From the NCBI GenBank assembly GCA_963705505.1, contig CAVPJU010000010.1, forward strand, positions 768,001 through 832,000: DNA of 64,000 nt. The letters are read 5' to 3'. Positions 60,210 to 64,000 of the stretch are shown one piece after another. This DNA is from an uncultured bacterium. GTDB taxonomy: Bacteria; Desulfobacterota_D; UBA1144; Nemesobacterales; UBA2774. The translations under genes were made by a program, and so were the position numbers. Under the pieces are notes generated by a model. That model did not search any database and was not told the DNA's origin. It was given only the letters and a program-made list of their open reading frames with translations. The first letter of the stretch is position 1, and every line of letters starts with the position of its first letter.

Positions 60210-61134
60210 ATGATGTCGCAAGTAAGCGTTATTATTCCAACTTATAACAGAGTGAAATTACTCAATAATTCAGTCGCGAGTGTGCTTTCCCAGACTTATC
60301 GGGATTTTGAGCTGCTGGTGATAGACGACTGTTCCACAGACAATACTTCCGATTTTCTTTCCAATATCGCTGACAAAAGAGTACGCTGCATAAAAAATAC
60401 CTCGAATAAAGGAATTACCGCGACAAGGAATATTGCTCTGTCCAATGCAAACGGGAAATACATCGCATTTCTCGACGACGATGATGAATGGATGCCGGAC
60501 AAGCTGGAAAAACAGATAAATTTAATGGAAAACAGTTCTAAGGGTCTCGGCTGCATATATACCGGATGCAATCTCGTCGACGCGGAAGATAATAGATTCA
60601 ATCAAACAACTGTACCACACTATAGAATAAGGATTTTGAATGAATTACTCTTGGAGAATTTCATTATCACTTCCTCGACTCTTATAAAGGCAGACTGTTT
60701 CGAAACAGTCGGGATGTTCGATGAAAGCATGCCGTTCGCCGAGGATTATGACATGTGGATACGAATAGCTCAGGAGTTCGAATTCGATTTCGTCAGATCA
60801 CCTTTGGTAAATTACCGCATTCATCGAAATTCGATCAGTTTCAACAATAATGCGATAATAATCGGATTAGAGCGATTACTCACAAAACACGAAAAGCTAT
60901 TCCTGAAAAACAAAAAGGCTTATAGTAATCACCTGCTTAGAATCGGTGTCGCATATTGCTATACTGGGAATACCAGAGAAGGCAGGAAAGCGCTTATGAA
61001 GTGCATTGGAATATTATAAATTCGACAAAAGAGTTTATTATAATCTCCTGCTGACAATCCTTGGTGCGGACATCTTCAAAAAGCTAAAGGAGTTGAAAAA
61101 GCAGTATTTCCCTATACGTATAAAAACCGGATAA
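60210..61134 (+). CDS. Glycosyltransferase family 2, with a probable +1 frameshift near 61007-61015
   Basis: VSVIIPTYNR, DDCSTD, FLDDDD and EDYDMW motifs. The ORF stops at 61019, but the next frame continues YKFDKRVYYNLLLTILGADIFKKLKELKKQYFPIRIKTG* to 61134. Confidence 0.8.
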
Positions 61135-61195
61135 GCGGGAGGCAACGAAGTGCGGATTCTATAAAATACAGTCCGCGACTTAGGATCAGAGCGCA

Positions 61196-62611
61196 ATGCA
61201 GAGATTAAACTTCGCCGATATAAATATCCAACACATTCTGATATTCTCCGCAATAATACTCGGTGCGATCCTGGGTATTTATATAGGATATAACGGGGCT
61301 TCCAAGCTAATAATAGGAGGGTTATTAGGGGCTATATTTTTTGTTCTGAGCATTATGAGGCCGTGGATAGCAGTAGCGGCCTTCTTCGCATTAATACCTC
61401 TCGAAAACCTGTTCGTGCTGCAGGGCAGTTTGACGGCGACGCTATCCAAGCTGATGGGCGCTTATTTGATCTTTCTTGTGATCATTACAGGGTCACTAAA
61501 ATATATACACGAAGTTTTTATAAATAAAAAGGTTTTGGTGCTGGTACTATACGGCGCCCTGGGAATAATTTCGGTCGCCGTATCCAAGCACAAAGATTAC
61601 GGCATCCCGCTCTTAATAACTCTATGGCTGTATATATTCCTATATTTCGTTTTTATAATCATGATAAGGGACATTAAGACGTTATATTATGCAACCTGGG
61701 CCTTGCTGGCGGGAGGAATAATTTCAATAATCAGCCCATACTTTTTCGGATTTGGGAGTGTCGGGGGCTACGAATTAAAACGCTATGGAGGGCTATGGGG
61801 AGACCAGAACGAGTTCGCAGCTCTGCTGCTCGTATTGATTCCACTTTCCATCATGAACTTCTTTATGGACCAGAAGTTAATTTACAAAGTAATCTCGGCA
61901 ATTACTTCACTCATACTTCTGACTGGTCTAATACTAACGTATTCGAGGGGTGGATTCATATCTCTGTTCCTCATGCTTGTACTAGCAATGTTTAAAATAG
62001 TAAGTGGGAAAAACAGGACTAAGATTCTTGCAATATCCGTTCCCTGTATCATCGTAGCTTTTATAATTTTTTATTACGCCTTTGCCGATCAGTTCCTTGC
62101 CAGAATGGAAACGCTGAGTGTATTGTCAAGCAGTGAATCGGCACAAACGGAAGGCTCGCTGAAGCAGAGATATTTCTACTACTTCCAATTAGCCCCGAAA
62201 CTCTTTATGCAGCACCCTGTTTTCGGAGTCGGATTTAGGGAGTTCGTGTTTAGCAACCCTTACGGGCAGGTAACACATAATACTTATTTAGAGGTATTGG
62301 TAGGAATGGGTGTAATAGGATTCATACCTTTCGTAGCCATATTATTTCTTTCATGGAAAGACCTGAGAAGCGCTCAGAAGTTCAATAACAACAATCCGTT
62401 TGTCCATTCTTATGCAGTTGCGCTTGAGATAGGATTCCTGGGTTATCTTTTCGCCAGTATGTTCCTTACGCTGGACTTAAATAAGGTGCTTTGGATGTCG
62501 ATCGCTCTTACATCAGTAGTTCTTAATTTAAGCAGGATTTATAGTGGGACTCAGACTACGAATAAAGTCACTAATCGCAACTACAAGACATTAGGAGTAA
62601 CATACTACTAG
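61196..62611 (+). CDS. O-antigen ligase/polymerase (Wzy-like) membrane protein
   Basis: Multi-TM with G..GDQNEFA, TYSRGG, HPVFGVG and THNTYL motifs. Confidence 0.85.
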   Translation: MQRLNFADINIQHILIFSAIILGAILGIYIGYNGASKLIIGGLLGAIFFVLSIMRPWIAVAAFFALIPLENLFVLQGSLTATLSKLMGAYLIFLVIITGSLKYIHEVFINKKVLVLVLYGALGIISVAVSKHKDYGIPLLITLWLYIFLYFVFIIMIRDIKTLYYATWALLAGGIISIISPYFFGFGSVGGYELKRYGGLWGDQNEFAALLLVLIPLSIMNFFMDQKLIYKVISAITSLILLTGLILTYSRGGFISLFLMLVLAMFKIVSGKNRTKILAISVPCIIVAFIIFYYAFADQFLARMETLSVLSSSESAQTEGSLKQRYFYYFQLAPKLFMQHPVFGVGFREFVFSNPYGQVTHNTYLEVLVGMGVIGFIPFVAILFLSWKDLRSAQKFNNNNPFVHSYAVALEIGFLGYLFASMFLTLDLNKVLWMSIALTSVVLNLSRIYSGTQTTNKVTNRNYKTLGVTYY

Positions 62612-62741
62612 ACGGTCGGGAAGACATAGCAGCGGCATTCCTCGCTCAAGAGTGTGAATATCGGTCTAAAGCAAACACATTATCCGATGAGAATTCAAAT
62701 TATCCGGCCAGACTGATAAGTACACATCGGGGAAAAAACAT

Positions 62742-63926
62742 ATGACAATATATATAATCGCGATTTTCATCTTCCTTATAATAGCGCCGTATGTTATCTA
62801 TCCGGCGGTTATGCTGGCACTCGGATACGTACTGACGGGTGTTAATCAAGAAAGGTCCGGAGAGACCCCTTATGTAACTATAATAATTCCGACATATAAC
62901 GAGGAAAAAGTAATAGCGGAGAGGTTCAAGAATCTGGAGGCCCTGTCGTATCCCATAGACTTGCTTCAAATCATAGTCATCGACAGCGGCTCAAAGGATA
63001 AAACTACAGAGCTGGCCAGGGAATTGGCAAAATCATCGAGCCTCGATTTCCATGTACTCAAACAGGACGAAAGGAAAGGGAAAGCCAATGCCGTCAATTT
63101 CGCCATTCAGCACGCAAAGGGTGAAATAATAATAGTGAGTGATGCGAATGCTCTATTCGAAAAAAACGGCATCGAAGAAATAGTAAAACCATTCGGGAAC
63201 GCGGAGGTAGGGGGAGCCGGAGGCAGATTTATAACTTTGGGAAATAACACGGTCGGGAAAGGCGAGGAGTTATATTGGTCCATAGAGGATTACATAAGGC
63301 AGACGGAAAGCCGTATATACTCGCTGACTAATTTCAGCGGAGAGTTCAATGCTTTTAGAAAGGGTCTGGGGCTCGTTCTGGATGAAAAAGCTTTGTCGGA
63401 AGACCTCGACCTGACCATACAAATAATAAAAATGGGGTATAAGGTGATTTATGTGCCGAGCGCCAGAGTTTACGAGCCCAGCGTCGAAAACACGGAGGAT
63501 TTAATAAAACAGAAAAAGAGAAGAGCGATTGGAGCTTTACAAGTAGTGTTTAAACACATGGATATGATAGCAAAGCCGAAATTACTCGCATTCAACGTCT
63601 TGTTCTTCTTTCACCGTACCCTGCGTCTTTTTACACCTATACTGACGCTGATATTGCTGATACCCCTTTGCTATCTATTCTTCGCATCCGGCTACCGTTA
63701 CAAATACGAGGCGCTCGGAATAACGGCTGCTGTAGTTGTTGTAGCGAGCCTCATAACCAGTCTTGTTTTTAAGAAAAGTCTAATACGGAATCTCTATTAC
63801 TTTCTAGTACTGCAGTATTCATACGTACTGGCTTGGATCGAGTTCATCACCGGCAAATATAAAGTCACGTGGGAGAAAACCGAAAGCAGCCGTGATCTGA
63901 AAAACGTGATGGGCAGGATGAAATGA
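62742..63926 (+). CDS. Membrane-bound glycosyltransferase family 2 (CESA/PgaC-like)
   Basis: N- and C-terminal TMs with IPTYNEE, GKANA, SDAN, SED and QKKR motifs. Confidence 0.88.
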   Translation: MTIYIIAIFIFLIIAPYVIYPAVMLALGYVLTGVNQERSGETPYVTIIIPTYNEEKVIAERFKNLEALSYPIDLLQIIVIDSGSKDKTTELARELAKSSSLDFHVLKQDERKGKANAVNFAIQHAKGEIIIVSDANALFEKNGIEEIVKPFGNAEVGGAGGRFITLGNNTVGKGEELYWSIEDYIRQTESRIYSLTNFSGEFNAFRKGLGLVLDEKALSEDLDLTIQIIKMGYKVIYVPSARVYEPSVENTEDLIKQKKRRAIGALQVVFKHMDMIAKPKLLAFNVLFFFHRTLRLFTPILTLILLIPLCYLFFASGYRYKYEALGITAAVVVVASLITSLVFKKSLIRNLYYFLVLQYSYVLAWIEFITGKYKVTWEKTESSRDLKNVMGRMK

Positions 63927-63948
63927 GTTTATTAGTACAACATTATAT

Positions 63949-64000
63949 ATGAGCGTACTCGTCGCTATTCCTACATTATTTACCAGAAACGCGCTTAAAA
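63949..64000 (+). CDS. Probable glycosyltransferase family 2, N-terminus only (cut by the window edge)
   Basis: MSVLVAIPTLFTRNALK resembles the GT2 start motif (SVxIPT..R). Only 17 codons are visible. Confidence 0.5.
   Translation, partial: MSVLVAIPTLFTRNALK

Overview
Gene-dense bacterial chromosomal window. Gene style suggests a diderm Desulfobacterota/Dadabacteria-like organism, which is an unverified impression. 1-3 kb is an hpf-ptsN-hprK-rapZ-EIIA(Man) regulatory PTS cluster. 3-24 kb holds mixed housekeeping and envelope genes (HAD hydrolase, EamA transporter, WG-repeat lipoprotein, Lon-type protease, aat, mscL, AsmA, MFS, OprB, carboxylesterase). 24.3-32.8 kb is a detox/alkylation-stress block (GST, MhqD/MhqO-like pair, truncated HxlR, TetR, Ada) bracketed by two composite REP-like palindrome arrays. 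32.8-42.6 kb has thpR, tolB, an HNH nuclease, lgt-lnt and hisDC. 42.9-64 kb is a large, visibly AT-richer surface-polysaccharide locus combining Wza/Wzc/ligase-polymerase genes with a Wzm/Wzt ABC exporter. Two features of this locus stand out. (i) The priming phosphoglycosyl transferase is fused to two MshEN-type (c-di-GMP receptor-like) domains, the last motif hidden by a 1-bp frameshift. (ii) A carboxy-SAM synthase (cmoA) gene sits between wzt and a glycan-type methyltransferase with no cmoB in the window, suggesting Cx-SAM-dependent carboxymethylation or capping of a glycan. Three +1 frameshifts occur in this locus and could be sequencing errors or decay. No rRNA, tRNA, CRISPR array or transposase was recognised.
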